DNA of 58,117 nt, filler included, from Platydemus manokwari (lineage: Eukaryota), in the NCBI GenBank assembly GCA_037951405.1. It is 5 parts of 5 records of this genome, joined end to end, with 100 filler letters (N's around TTAATTAATTAA, not from the genome) between each part and the next. Parts side by side here need not be neighbours in the genome. Positions count along the whole stretch, not along the records: positions 12,044 to 23,372 come from JBBMOY010759981.1; positions 23,473 to 35,158 come from JBBMOY010524442.1; 3 more parts are not named here. One strand, 5' to 3'. Below the pieces are notes generated by a model, which searched no databases, had not been told where the DNA came from, and saw nothing but the letters and a program-made list of their open reading frames with translations. Of this stretch, positions 11,944 to 25,950 are shown piece by piece; positions within the stretch are counted from its first letter, which is position 1, and the number at the start of each line of letters is the position of its first letter. The translations under genes and the position numbers were made by a program.

Positions 11944-12043
11944 NNNNNNNNNNNNNNNNNNNNNNNNNNNNNNNNNNNNNNNNNNNNTTAATTAATTAAN
12001 NNNNNNNNNNNNNNNNNNNNNNNNNNNNNNNNNNNNNNNNNNN
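11944..12043. other. artificial contig spacer (N run with TTAATTAATTAA)
   Basis: 100-nt linker with stops in all six frames; identical at four positions. Confidence 0.98.
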
Positions 12044-15000
12044 AGGGTCCGGAATGACTTTTATTATCATTTATATCTTTTTTGTTAATAATTTTCTATT
12101 AATTTTCTATTATTTTCTATATTATATTATATTATCAATACCTATATTATTATATTACCATTATACTATCAATGTATTGTATATATCATATATCAGATAT
12201 TCTCTACATTAATTATTTTATATTCCTTGTTTTCAATTCATGAGGAAATATTTTGGGATTTTGAGTTGATAATTCCAAGATTTTAAAAAAATTACTCGTT
12301 TCCTGTTTTATTTATTTATTCTTATAAAAATATCATTTCTGAGTGTTATCATCTCGAATATTTTCATTACACTTACTCCTTTTAGTGTCTCTGTTTTTGC
12401 TTTAAATTTATCCTTATCTTTAATCATTATGATTACAAGATTTCCTTATCTTTATGATTCTCATTTGTATTATATTTATTTATTTAAATCGTCTTAATCA
12501 TAAACAAATAAATAATTATTACCAAAATCCGGCACAAATCTTAAATTCGAACATTCTATTTCAGAATTTTTATTAGATTTGTAATAATTTAATTTTTTGA
12601 GAGAATTTTTCAAAATGAAAATTCCACTAAAATCATCATGAACTGCTCCATTTCCATTCAACTTTGCACTTTATACTTGAGATTCTCTTTTTGCTTTTAG
12701 CATATCTTGCTCAATATTAGCGATGTCTGCTTTTGTCTTTGAGTTTCTAATATAAAATAGGCTCTGACCATCTGTCTTAGATTATTCCCTGCCTCAAAGG
12801 CTTATGATCTTAAATTATCTAATGTCATAGCGAATGATCACACCGAATTGTTTATTTTTCCAGTTCCAGCTTATCGTGTTTCTTCTATGGCTCATGTAAA
12901 ACAGAGTGAAAAAAGAGTGAAAACAAATTTCGATTCAACTAATCAAAGTTACGACGTACACACACATAAAATTGTATTATCTCCATATTAAATAAAACAC
13001 AGTAAGTGATAAAATTTAACCTTTGTCCATCGACAGATATGTTCTGTAAAATAACGAATTAATATTGTGAATGAATTATTAAGATGCTGTACCGTTTCGA
13101 GGGAATTATAAAATGTAGATACCATGGATTTTAAAATATTAGAAGACTAGAATTTATAATATTTCTATAATTTTTAATTTTAAAATAAATACAATAATTT
13201 ATTATAAAAATATAAATTTGATAAACATTCGTACTGTTGGTACATTTATAAATATTATTACACCAATAAATAGATGAATATTAAGAAATTTAAATTTAAC
13301 AGATTATTTATTTTTTAATTTTTAAAATTTTCACTGAAACCCAGATATTATTTTATAATTTATATAATTAATTTATTATTCGATCATTTTTTATAATATA
13401 ATTTTTCTATTTAATGATTGTTCGTATTATTTTGTTGGGGTTTCAGAGAATTCAGTGCAAATATATAATGATGACGATGATTTCGACAATTTACGTTGTG
13501 CAGTTTTGACAATAATTTTGACAATTTACGTGTATAGGTGTTGACTCACATTTTGATGCATATATGTAGTAACTTTTATTTTTATTTTGCTGATAATTTT
13601 CAATTGATATTAAATTGTATCGATTAACTGGTATAAAATGTTGATGAGTTCATTGAGCTGTATCTATAGATCTCATATTTTATTGATGTATTTTTTATCA
13701 AATGTAACATTTTGTCTGTGCATGAAAAGCAATGGAGCGTTTTCGATACCTTTAGTTCTGAAAATAATTTCTCGGGAATTTTAATATAAAATTATTGCGC
13801 AATAACTATAATTAAATTGATATCCTTAAAAATTATGTTTTCATATATTATATGGCTGGATAAAATAAATCATTGGGCAATAACATTTGATATGTTTTGT
13901 AAAAATATGGGATATTTAGAATAATGAAACAAAATATATTATATTCAACACTACTAGGAAGGATATTTATCATGAACTCTTTGATATTCATTCGGTATAA
14001 GTATCTGCCATAGAAGCCTTCAAGATATTTAATTCGTTTTCCAGCCTCAGCTATTATATTAATTTATCAAAGTGAGTCAGACTAATAGTGTAAAATAATA
14101 ATCAGTACTATACTTTGTATCGTATATCGTCATATTATACAGTTTTATCTCACAAAAACCCTTCCGGGTATTGGTTCGGCTTCTTGAGTTGAAGTTTGCA
14201 ACCGTTGGTTATTTCCAGAATTGTAAGGTCATCGTTTGAGATGCAATTTTTATAGTGCAGTTTTAAAATAACAATTTGTAATTTTTAAAATTGGTGTGAA
14301 TCTGTATAACAATAAAACTTACTGTATTTAATAGTTGCTGAATTGATAGAATATATATAATATAGTTGTAAAATAAAAGGATTTTGAGACTGATAGTAAA
14401 AAAAATATAATATTCAAATCATTGATGCTAATTATACTATCATCAAAGTGTATTGATCTCGAGGTGAAAATAGGAAATAGTAAATTAAGGTTTTTATAGA
14501 TTGTAACTTGGGCTTGGTCAGAACTCATCAAGATGGTGTTTTCGCCGGCTATTCTGCTCTTCCATTCACCGTATGAATTGACGGTAATGCGAGCTTTTAC
14601 TTTTCGATCTCCTCACTATCTGATTAGAACACTACACTGTCAATGTTTTCCAACAAACTATAATATCAAAAATAGACGCCGAATTTAAATATTTTGCGAA
14701 AAGAGTTTATACAATGAGAGAATTCCTTATGGTTAAAGGATCTGTAGAATCCAATGGTTGAATATATAGGAGAATTATATAAATTATAATGCTAAAATAT
14801 GCAATGACGAGGTATATATGAAATGCAAAATGCAAACTCATCCATTTTGCAGCTCAAATCACTAAAATTATCAAACCGGAAAGTCAGTATTAGTTTATAA
14901 TGTAAAATGACAAGATTTTAATTTTACGTTGCTAAAATAAACCAATTTGATTGTGAGAATGCTTATATGAAGCCATTTATAGTCTATCTTCGGAACGAAC

Positions 15001-15779
15001 ACCTAAGTTCAAGATAAAAGTCAGTCCAGTTAGTACGAAGCAAGTCCGAACTACTTCGATATCAAACTTGAGTGAAGATCGAATGCTTTCATAAGAAAAG
15101 ACACAATATCAACATGTAGTCTATCGAACTAACTACAAATGACTATATATGCCAGAATTAAAATGGTCTATAGAAACAGTGCACTAGGAAAACATCAAAT
15201 TGGCACAAGGTTTCAGTGATAAATTGGACTACTTTTTTCATTCTGGTCTAAATACAGTAGCTGATACCGAGATGCAATCCCAATTCCTCGAAATAAAATG
15301 GTTATGCCGTTGAGAAGCTCAGAACCTAGGTTGTGCGCCGAAAATGGGATATTTGATAGTGTTCTATGAGAGGTACTAAAGTTACAGATGCAAAAAAATA
15401 TCAGTACAAATAATGAAGCATGATACGTGTACAAGAATGTGCCGAATTGATAAAGCGTGTATGTTATTAACCTTTATAAAAGTCCTATTAGCACAAGTTT
15501 TTGCATAATATTGTAGTTATTAAAACTTAGTTCAGGATGTATTTTTAGGAAAAATTTCTATAATAGAATCACGTCCAAATGAATTTCAAATACCACCAAC
15601 ATTTAAAGTACCATGATAATTTTATTTTTGCACGAAATCAAAGAAATAAAACCTATATTAAAGGAAACACCACAAAAGAAACACCACGACACCTCCCGCA
15701 CGAATAAAGTTAAATAAAAAACAAGTTGATGTAATCAATGATACAGAATGAAACATTACCATGATATCAAGGGATTTTA

Positions 15780-15960
15780 AGACACCAAAAAGAGTAGAAT
15801 GTAGGCAGAAAAAAATGAAAACATTAAGAGGTCAACACCGCAAATGGTAGGGAGAACTGTGGTAAATATTGAAATACCAAGGAAAATAATACACCACATT
15901 GTAGTTATGATAGGCGGCTGTCCGTTTATATTTTTGCTAGGAATGACAAATCAATGCAAA
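15780..15960 (+). mobile_element. retropepsin (LTR retrotransposon protease) remnant
   Basis: Frameshifted VNTANG ... VGRTVVNIEIP..HIVVMIGGCPFIFLLGM, matching the flap and the C-terminal ILGMD-type motif. Confidence 0.45.
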
Positions 15961-16736
15961 AATTTAATGAAGTTTAAATAAATAGTATGTTGACTATACC
16001 ACCGCGTTCAAAGGTACTAGCATATCTGAAACTGAAGAAGGATGATTATTATTTGAACCAAACGAAAAGTTCATACAAAAATATGAAAAACCAGATTGTA
16101 ATGAATTAGTATAGTTTGAAAATCAAAACATTCCGTTCGGCTAACTAATTTTGAAAATACAGTAGTAACGTTTAATCCAATGTGCCAATGACGTCAGAAA
16201 ACGTTTTATACTATCTTAGTGAAAACATGATAGCCTGTGACATAATTTAATGAGGATTAGAAAAACGATATCGAAATTAAACAAATCAAAACATCATTGG
16301 GAAAACGAGCTTATAACTTCGACCCAAAACAATTAATAAATAAATAAATGTCATACTTTTTCCAATTTATCTTGGTTAGAGTTAAATGTTGCACGGCTCA
16401 ATGTTTTGTTGTTGAGGAGTTAATTATTGGTCGTTTTTAATAATTATTATATTATAATAAGAATAATAATTATAATTTAATTTCTTATATTTAAACCATG
16501 AACTGAAAATCGATACATAAATTGGTTCTATGACATTAAATAAAGACAAGAACGTTTTTATAGAGTTAGTTTATCTAAAACCCTAAGAAAAAAAATTATC
16601 TCGCTAATTATTATTGATATTGATTACTTACGTTTAATGATTGTTAACTACTTGAAATTTGTCAGTAGATGTTTGTAAATAAATTATTTATTTTACCAAT
16701 TAAAATAATTAAATTTAAATATCGATAAATCAATAT

Positions 16737-18093
16737 TTAAAAAGCATCATATTTTGTAAATGTTCCTTTAGTGCCTAATATATCCTCCTTGTAATCAGCA
16801 TACTCTTTCAAATAATTTGATGTTTCTTTTGGTCGTTTGGATTCATCCACTGAAATATTCGACCACGGATTGTTATTCTTGTAATAGTTTCTAATCTTTT
16901 CATTCCATTTATCTAGAGATAATATTGATTTCATGTATAAAATAACAACCTCAATAACCTGCACAAGAACTCAAAGATCCTCCGAGTCCACCATATTCTG
17001 TTGGTAAAATCTTATCTAAACCCGGATTTTTCTCCACTGCTTTTTGAATATCATTCTTTACTCGAATTACCTGAAATTAATCGATAATGATTATAACAAA
17101 CTATTATTATTATTCTTGTTATTAAATATTTACATCAACTGAAATCATTTTAATAGCGAAATAATTTTCTTACTCGTTCTTTCATCTTATCTTTCAGAAA
17201 GAACAATACGATTGAAATCAAGAAATCAAATAATATTGATTCCTTACAATATATTAGACCTTTCAATCTCATTGGAAACGAATCCTATGGATAAATATAC
17301 ATTTGAGCTGTCTATAATATTAAAACCAACCTGCAATGCCCGCATAACATTCTTAATAAACTTGGGGTCATTCCATGCATCAATGTTTTTTTTCGGAACA
17401 TCTCCAATATCGATTAAAAACTTTACGCCATAAATTTGACTTTTTTCATCCTGGAGTGTTAAATCGATTCCCAAGAAAAGCAATGTTGTCATTTGAATTA
17501 AATTTACTTTGTCCGGATTCCAAGATTCTTAAAGCACAAATCAATTTTATATTGCTATGATGTGTTCCGCATCTCATTAATTTTATTATTATATCATAAA
17601 AATATTTTCAATAATGTATTACTTGCAACGAATAAGAAAATTAATTCTCCAGTATCAGTTCTACCGATTGGAAAAACGAATCTAAACCAAGATAATCAAT
17701 AATAATGATTTATTGATAATATATCTACTTTGATTTTAGAAATTCTTCAACAATCGAATCATCTAAATTCTTGTGATTGAAATATTCCGGAGATCCTCGT
17801 TTTGAACTGCGGACAGTACAAAAATTATCCAATCGTTGTTCAGCCTTTTTATGATCAAATTTAGCTACTCGTAAAAATTTTAGTAAGAAATTGGAATCTA
17901 TTAGATAAAATTATAAAACATCAATAAGTTGTAACATGAAACCAGTTGGACAATTGAGATGAGGCATCGATGTAACCCATCTTCTGAAACTCTCAACATG
18001 AGCATTGACTTGTGATGGATTCTCGTTCAAATTATCGATAGCAAACTGTTTTGCTTTTTCATCGAGTTTATCATATTGATAAAGGTCAGACAT
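16737..18093 (-). CDS. CRAL-TRIO (Sec14-like) lipid-binding protein, clavesin/alpha-tocopherol transfer protein-like, 7 exons
   Basis: Spliced through short GT-AG introns (e.g. 17898-17942, 17682-17728, 17528-17622). Motifs: DSNFLLKFLRVAKFD, SQIYGVKFLID, DSFPMRLKGLIY, FLKDKMKER, ILPTEYGG. The reading frame appears intact. Confidence 0.92.
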
Positions 18094-19244
18094 AAGAGAT
18101 TAAATAATAGTTAAAAAAAAAGATATTTTCAATAAATCAGATCAATTATATCAATGATAACACCACACTATCATTGAATGATATCTGAAATTTATCTATT
18201 ATCAGACAATTATTGAGCCATATCAAAAATTACTCATTGTCAATACAACATAATGAATTATCGATAATATATTAAATGACTTGATAATGTGCAAGTTTGG
18301 TTTTGCATTGGTTACAATAAATAAAAGTATCTATTCAGACAATATATTTCAGACTATATATATATAAAATATTAATTATAGTTAAACCCACCTAGAGCAT
18401 ATCCGTCGTAACTGCCTACAATAAAAAATTAATTTATAAATTATTAATATGCAATAAGATATCGCGGAATAACAACAACAAATAAATTGCCATCTATTTC
18501 TGTGCATGAAATTTATATTACAGAATAAAATAATCACTCGATTTAATTTAATAAATATATTCAAAGAGAATTTCTCTCACCAGTGAATCAATTTTATCGA
18601 TAAAATAATAATTTCAATGTCATTAGATTTAATAGCAGAGAATATCTCCGAGTGATTTACTGCTGTCTATATAATGCAACAGTCACAATTAACACAGCCA
18701 TTATTTCCACTACCACATAAGTCGCAGTTATCAATTATCGTGTAAGAGAGAGGCTATTATTCTCACAATTTAATCCACGCACAATAGAAGACCATTTAGT
18801 GCAGAAGGACGGGATTTTTTATGTGCCCAGTATCTTACTGGAAGATTCCAAACTAAGATCCATTCGTATAAAAAACTGATTCATTGTATTTATTGTATTG
18901 TTTATTTCTTATTTTCAAGTTCGTTGCCCAAAAATCTTGAAAGGTTTTTGCTCCAAGAGAAGTAGTTTTTTAACATTCTCTTTTTCCAGAAGTTGTTAAG
19001 GTCTGTAGCACGTGTAACGTGATATATATATTTGTAGTTTAAAGCCCATTTGTAATTTTATTTTTTTATTGTTAAACAGCTTTTTTGTTTATGTTATGAT
19101 TAATAAATATTTGGAATAACAAGTTTTAATTCTTAATCATTTAGGATCATAAATCAATATTTGTAATTAGTGTTATAAACATAGTTAATAGGTTAAATAG
19201 GTTTAAATAACTTGAGAATTATAATAAGATTAATCAAAATATAT

Positions 19245-19368
19245 CACTACTGACACGCGTATTTTCTTAACCTATTAAGGCTGTGTGAGGTGAAGTAACA
19301 TCAACATAAGGTAGATTACATCTGTGGCCTTAAACAAGAGCTCATAGAAACTTATTAAGACAGTAGTG
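19245..19368. mobile_element. small MITE-like or internally deleted TIR element
   Basis: Ends CACTACTG...CAGTAGTG. A related terminus (CACTACTGGCTTAATCAGTCCCTATGAG) starts at 23343, right at the contig break. Confidence 0.5.
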
Positions 19369-20412
19369 GTATCGAATAATATTAAGCTTAATAAAACAAT
19401 AAAATCAAGAAGTCCAAAACGTAATCATTTTAAAAATAGTAATCCACTGTCGAGTTTGTCAGTTGATTAATCAAAACGATCACAAGAATATTCAAAATAT
19501 TTGACAGAATATGGTGATTACATGGCTCAAACATTTTGTATAATTATTTATGGGGTATTATAATTGAATCGAGTACAACTCCCAAAAAACAAGAATAACG
19601 TAAAAATAAAATTATTTATTCACTTAAAAAATTGAAATGAAAATAAACATATCGTGACCATGAAATAAATGATAAAAAATTTAATTATGAGGCATTATTT
19701 TAGATTATCTGAATACCTCTCGTGCATTCACAAAAAGCATAGTCGAACACCTAGTTTTAGTTCGACCTCATATGTGGAGTTTCGTTTCAGAATTCATTTA
19801 GTTATTTACAACAAATTGAACCCATAAATAAAATCTATAATTTTCTTCAGGTGACTAATAAAATCAAATTTAAATAGAAATATCATTAAAAAGAATTAAC
19901 AAGCATTTATTTTTTAAAAATAGTGTTGGGCTGATAAGTTGTCTAAGTTTACGAAAGATCCTTTGTATAAATTTATAAATTTACAAAATAAAATAAAGGT
20001 TTACATTAAATAAATAATTTAATAACTAACACAAATTTTAAATTATATTAAATAAAAAGATAAATTAGAATTACATTTATGGAATAACATATTATTTAAT
20101 CTTATTATTAGATTTTCTAATCTGTAAATTTTAAAACTTTATTAAAAATATTTAAAATTAACTATTTATTTAATTTCCAATTTGTTTAAATTAGTAATTA
20201 TTATGTATTCAAATATGAAATACGATTAAATAGTTTATTTATCCAACAAAGATGATTAAATATCTAATAATCCAACAAAGGCTATTTATGCATCTAATAT
20301 GAGTGAATAGTAGAGTGAAAAGTAGAAATAAAGTGCTAATAAATACTTGATGAATTTTAGTTCAAAGTAATATGCGGTCGACAACTGTTTGCTATTCTTT
20401 TGTCAAATCTAA

Positions 20413-21222
20413 TTAAATAAAAATCTTCTTATCTGAATCATATATTCCATTGATCTCCAGTGATTTTGCAAATGTCGAAAAGTCTATCCATTTATCTGGC
20501 AGTTTTTGTGAATTTAAAACATAGCCAATTTGTGGTTCTCTATGAAAATATTTACCGTATTGACAGTTATCGGACACATCAAATATGGCTAATATACCAA
20601 TGTTTCCATCACAAAATTTATGTATGCAATTGATGTAAAATTTTCGATCCAATATTTCAATATTATCCAATCGTCTACCTTCAATGCTAAATGAATCGAA
20701 ATCGTATTTCATTAAAGCTGTCGCATTCCATGGAAATGAATTTATCAAATTTTCTTTTCTAAACCAACTCATCATTGTATCTCCATCATTGACATGAAAC
20801 ATTAACCAAGCCACAACAAAATCGCTATAATCTCTGATACTCACATTGATAAAGGTTGGACGGATGTTATTCCAATCGTCAAGGAGAATACTTCTAAAGT
20901 TTTCAGAATAATTTTTATTGCTATCTTCTATTGATTGATCAAAATAATTCGGCATCGTATAAAAATCATACGATTTCACTCCACTTCCTGACACAATTCG
21001 AAATAACGTAATTCTATTGGATAATTTTCTGTAAAATTTCCCTCCAACAAAATAAAGTTTGGAAAAATGCTCTGCAGTAGAGAATTTGCACGAATCGTTT
21101 GCCATAATAAAATATAATTTATTATATTTCAAAGCTTTGAATGCACATTGGAAATATTTCGAATCTTCGCAATGTCTCATCTCACTATAAATTAAAAAAA
21201 TGAAAATTTTGAAAATTTTCAT
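20413..21222 (-). CDS. uncharacterised, probably secreted protein (terminal exon); Cys-containing N-terminal part plus a conserved invertebrate domain
   Basis: Long ORF in AT-rich DNA with an acceptor ttatag at 21185. Motif series LFR..SG.G..Y / FRSILLDDW / VAWLMF / SWF...L.S.PW / FSIEG / RKFYI...C..N.G. I recall this pattern from uncharacterised invertebrate proteins but have not verified it. Confidence 0.65.
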   Translation of the reverse strand: MKIFKIFIFLIYSEMRHCEDSKYFQCAFKALKYNKLYFIMANDSCKFSTAEHFSKLYFVGGKFYRKLSNRITLFRIVSGSGVKSYDFYTMPNYFDQSIEDSNKNYSENFRSILLDDWNNIRPTFINVSIRDYSDFVVAWLMFHVNDGDTMMSWFRKENLINSFPWNATALMKYDFDSFSIEGRRLDNIEILDRKFYINCIHKFCDGNIGILAIFDVSDNCQYGKYFHREPQIGYVLNSQKLPDKWIDFSTFAKSLEINGIYDSDKKIFI

Positions 21223-23372
21223 GTTTGAATATCAATAAATACAGCGATTTTTCTAGTTGTTTAAATAATCAATTTCAGCGAATCAAATACGAGGCACAAT
21301 AAATAATGAGAACGCAAATGAAAACTCGATTTGTTCGATTGGATTAAAATATATTTAATGTTTAGGTCTCCTTGACAACAGAGGAATCCATGATATTCAT
21401 TGTTATTTTTTTGTTCGATTTTCATGATTATGGTTTTAAGACAAGTTTTTCAATAGCTTCGTGCTTATTGAATTCCAGTTTATGAATTTGAAATCATTTA
21501 AAATGTTTACTGTTTTTCACTATTATATAATTTATTATTTTCTATGGGTCTTATATTAATAAATCTCAACCAATCAAGTGATGATTTAAAAGGTTTTAAT
21601 TTCCTCGTATTTTATGCGGTTGTATTGATAACATTAATTTGATTCAATGCATAAAAGATATATTTTTAATCAAAGAATTATAAATCAGAAAATTCATAAT
21701 AATAATAATATCATTAATATTAATATTGTCGGGTGAATTTGAATAAATCTCTGTGAATTTACGAGTTAAACTATTAATTATGTTGAAAATTTCCACGCAA
21801 TTAATTTAAAATTTATCCTTAAGGTTTGTAGCGGTGACGTTAAAATTTGTGAGAATATCTGTCCATGATGTAGAATCGATCATTCTTTTCATTGGTTTTA
21901 GCTTTCAATTTATTTATCTACAGTTTCTGTTCCTCTTCAATATAATATAAATTATTTTTATTTTTTGAGTAAATGTAATATCAGCGCGTTTATCTGAAAT
22001 CCTATTATATTCTATCAATCAATTTATCATTACAGAGGGTTAAATTATTTATTCTCCTATAACCTTATCAATAATGGGTGTTTAATATAATAAATTAGAT
22101 TGCGTCACATTTGTTTATAGTCGATAATGGCCATATTCTTTAAATATTTCAACTGAACCTACAGTTTATTCCTATAATTATCGCTTGATATGATTGACAA
22201 AATATATAGAAGAGAATAAAATGAAAACCTCTTCAAAGACAATGATATAAAACCAATTATTCAATGATTGTCACCATCTTAATAAATGTATGTAGCCAGA
22301 TTTTAGATAATTTTCAACAATTATTTTTTATTATCGAGAAATTCATGTTTTATATTGAGAAGTTTAACAATGATATTATAAAATGATATTCCAGCCATTT
22401 TTATCAGATGCTCATTAGTAATAAGGTTGAATTATAAACATGGAAACCATTATTTGTTTGAATATTGTTTTGATAAAAAATGAGCTGAAATGAGGTTCAT
22501 TTGAAACAAAATTTATAGCTCGAATTATAAGTAGTTAATTATAAAAGTTAATAATCTATATATTAATCTACAAAACATTTATTGTAAAATCAAAAGACAA
22601 ATTAATATAAAAAGTAAATCAATAAAAAAGTTCCCGTGTTTTATAGTTGTCTTTCATTTATTTATTGATCTATATGAGCTTTTGATGAAACCAATTGGGT
22701 CGAAACTCGATACTTACTGCATGAAAATGTCCATCTCATAGGAAGATATTTCAGTGCCTGAAGTTTGGTTTTGCAGTGCATTAAGATGTCGACAATTACG
22801 TGATGATGAAGATAATGATATACAGAGAAATAAGCTATTGGTTTAAGGAAAGCTATTTACGAGGAATTTAAAGATAATTTTAAAATACTTTGTGTTCGTG
22901 ATTAAGAAGATCCTCAAAGAAAATAACGCAGAATTTGAAATTGTGGTTCGAAATATCTCGTTTCGAATTTCATTGAGTTATATTATGAAACATATATAAG
23001 TGAAGTGAATGTACATGACAGTAAAAATTAAAATATAATTAGATAATAAATAATAATTATTAAATATTTATAATGAGAAATAGAATAAGTTTGAAAAGAA
23101 GGGATGTTTATCGTAAATATAGGCATATAAGTGGCGAGATAACTCTTTATTTTCGTTATTTCAACGAGATGCTTAATTTTAGGGTATTCAACACTGAAAC
23201 TAGTGTAGTTTTAAGGAAGTAGCGTGTGCTGTAGTTGTAGAGTAATGTATTGATATTAATCGTACAAAGTCACAATTTAATATTATGTTACGTTCGGGCT
23301 TATTGAATTATTTGTTTTAATAAGCTTAATTTTACTTGATATCACTACTGGCTTAATCAGTCCCTATGAGTT

Positions 23373-23472
23373 NNNNNNNNNNNNNNNNNNNNNNNNNNNN
23401 NNNNNNNNNNNNNNNNTTAATTAATTAANNNNNNNNNNNNNNNNNNNNNNNNNNNNNNNNNNNNNNNNNNNN
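23373..23472. other. artificial contig spacer
   Basis: Same N/TTAATTAATTAA linker. Confidence 0.98.
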
Positions 23473-25379
23473 TTTCTTCTCCCTATAAGTTGAGAACTTC
23501 GAGGCGAAAAAAGAACATTAAACTAAGGTCTAATTACTATTTGAGGGTCAAACGGACTCTATAGACTGTTAAAGACATGGATAACGATCAGCCAAAATAA
23601 TTAATTAAATAATTAACAAATCGCCAATAACTTAAAATAAATACAAAACATAATAAAATTTGGATACCATTTATCAAATGAAGGAAAATGTTTGAATATG
23701 CTCATGTGTTCTTTCACTCAAGAACTGAGAAAGTTATAAGATGTATGAAAAATCATTTTGACATGAAATATATAATAAAGAAAAAAGGTTACCAATAAAT
23801 GAGAAATGTGCCAAAAATCGAAACGCATGAAAAACCAAAAATCCTACAAGCAGGCGAGCCCATTGATAAAATAAATAAACGCAAATGCAATATTGATGAT
23901 GCAGTATAACTAAAGAACGAAATACTGAAAAATATCAAGAAATATGTGAAGGCTTACATAAAGTGATTAGAATGAATCACGAAAGAATTTATTGGTGAAA
24001 ATGGTGCAGTGATAACAAGAAATGCGCATAAAGTCAAAGATTTTAACGATGGATTGCTATTTTTAGTTATATATACTCATCTACCTATCTATCAATCAAT
24101 ATTCCTACTTTTCTTTCTATTGACTCATTCAATTTGAGAAATATAAGACGACATTGACATGTGAGTGGACCTTTAAAAATAATTAAATCAAAAATAACGC
24201 AGAACAACTTTTAAAACAAAAGCTTCCTCACAGACTAAACTTGGAATTATTCTACAATGATCAATACAAGAATCACTAAGTAATTGTGAGAGATTGAAAC
24301 CTTGGAATTAAATTTCATGAACTTTTAAGAATCATCGTAATTAATAGCAATTTATTATTTTTTCCGTTATCACCAATCATTGGACTTATCTTATTTTTAA
24401 GTAAATAATTCGTTTTTCTCCACTTGGTCTCCATATCCTTCCAGTGGATACTTGACACACTGTACAATTTACGAATAATTATTTTATTACTTTTATTGTT
24501 GAAATGTTTTCATTGGTATTAAATAATTTTTATTATACCAGTATTCACTTTATCAATCACAAGTACTGTATTACCTTTATATTTAATCAGAAGTGTAGTG
24601 AATTAACCTTAGCACATATTACAATTAAATTTACAAAAAACCCGGTTAATAGTACATATTTGATCATGTTCGTGAGATTAATTTAAAAATAAGATAAGTT
24701 AATGCGAAAGACAGTTATTATCAATTGTATTTGATACTAAGGTTGTTTGAGAAACATTAACTGTTACTTCTTTTTTCCTAATGTACAGCTAAGGCGATTA
24801 GTAAAACTGTTTTATAAGTAGTACATGACGTGCATGATTACATCCATTTTTTCACAATTATGTCTTTGGAAGTATAGGTAGAACAAATTCAAGAAAAATA
24901 TCATTATCATTGAAAATTCGTTGAGTTAATAACTGAAAACCAATATGAATATTTTATTTATTGATTTTACGGGGATTTATAGATTTAAAAAACAAATTGT
25001 ACTCACCCGAAATTTAAAAAATCCAAAACCGCGTTCCCTAAACAATAATAATGATAATAACTTAATAAAAAATACAAACAAACAGCTCCACGCTTGGGTG
25101 TAACAAATCAATATGATATACTTGGAAATTTCCAATAGGATGATTTCCCAAAGATGTTTTCGTGATTATAAATGAAGACCCAACAAATAAAAATATAAAT
25201 AAAAATGAATTTATACAAGATTTTTAACAAAATAAGTTAGTAAGAGCTAGTTTTAAAATTAATAAGTGAAAATAAATAAATAAAAAATAATAAAATGAGA
25301 TAATTTCTAAATATAAATAATGAAATGAAATAGTAGTAAAAATAAAAAATAAAATAAATTAATTAAAAACATAAATTTG

Positions 25380-25950
25380 TTTATTTGAATTGAAATGTAG
25401 TTTTGGTCAACAGTTTACCAAGGTAAATATTGACTTGACATTTTATTAATGTCAAACCAATGTATGCAGAATTGCAGCATTGTTGTGCGAGCAGTCAAAT
25501 GAAGATTGTCATTAAAGGAAAAATAAACCAGAAATGACTTATTGAAAGTTAAGTAAATTTTATTCTTATTGTCTTTAAAAAGGTTATGTATTCGAAAAAT
25601 CTTTTACGAATACAAGTAGTATTAAATGGTATATAGTATTTATGACAGTTATCGTGCATACCAGGAATCTTTTATTGTATTGTAAAAGAATTTACGAGCG
25701 TTGTAGTAAGACCACAAGCAGATTCTCCGTTGATATTTTCATGATTGTGCACATACTCGTTCCGCTTTTGTTTAATTGACAGAATCTTATTTACAGGCTT
25801 GATCATTGCATATGGATTGTATTTTGCACAGTGTTATATCGAATATAATTTAGTGATCAACTTATTGCCTTTTGAAGTCAGATAAACAAATTAACTAGTA
25901 TTGTTGCTTTCAGCATCATTAGACCCAACATAAATATAAAATCGAAAATA
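25380..25950 (-). mobile_element. degenerate MULE (Mutator-like) transposase remnant
   Basis: FLYWCH-like segment (LTSKGNKL..HCAKY...YVHNHE) followed by MLQFCIHWFD, resembling the WFxDGTF motif; many stops. Confidence 0.4.

Noticed and set aside
19925-19941. Himar-like TIR fragment (GTTGGGCTGATAAGT)
   Set aside because: Too short, with no partner TIR or transposase nearby.
23500-23950. Possible gypsy protease-RT linker remnant
   Set aside because: Too decayed; no diagnostic motif could be read.
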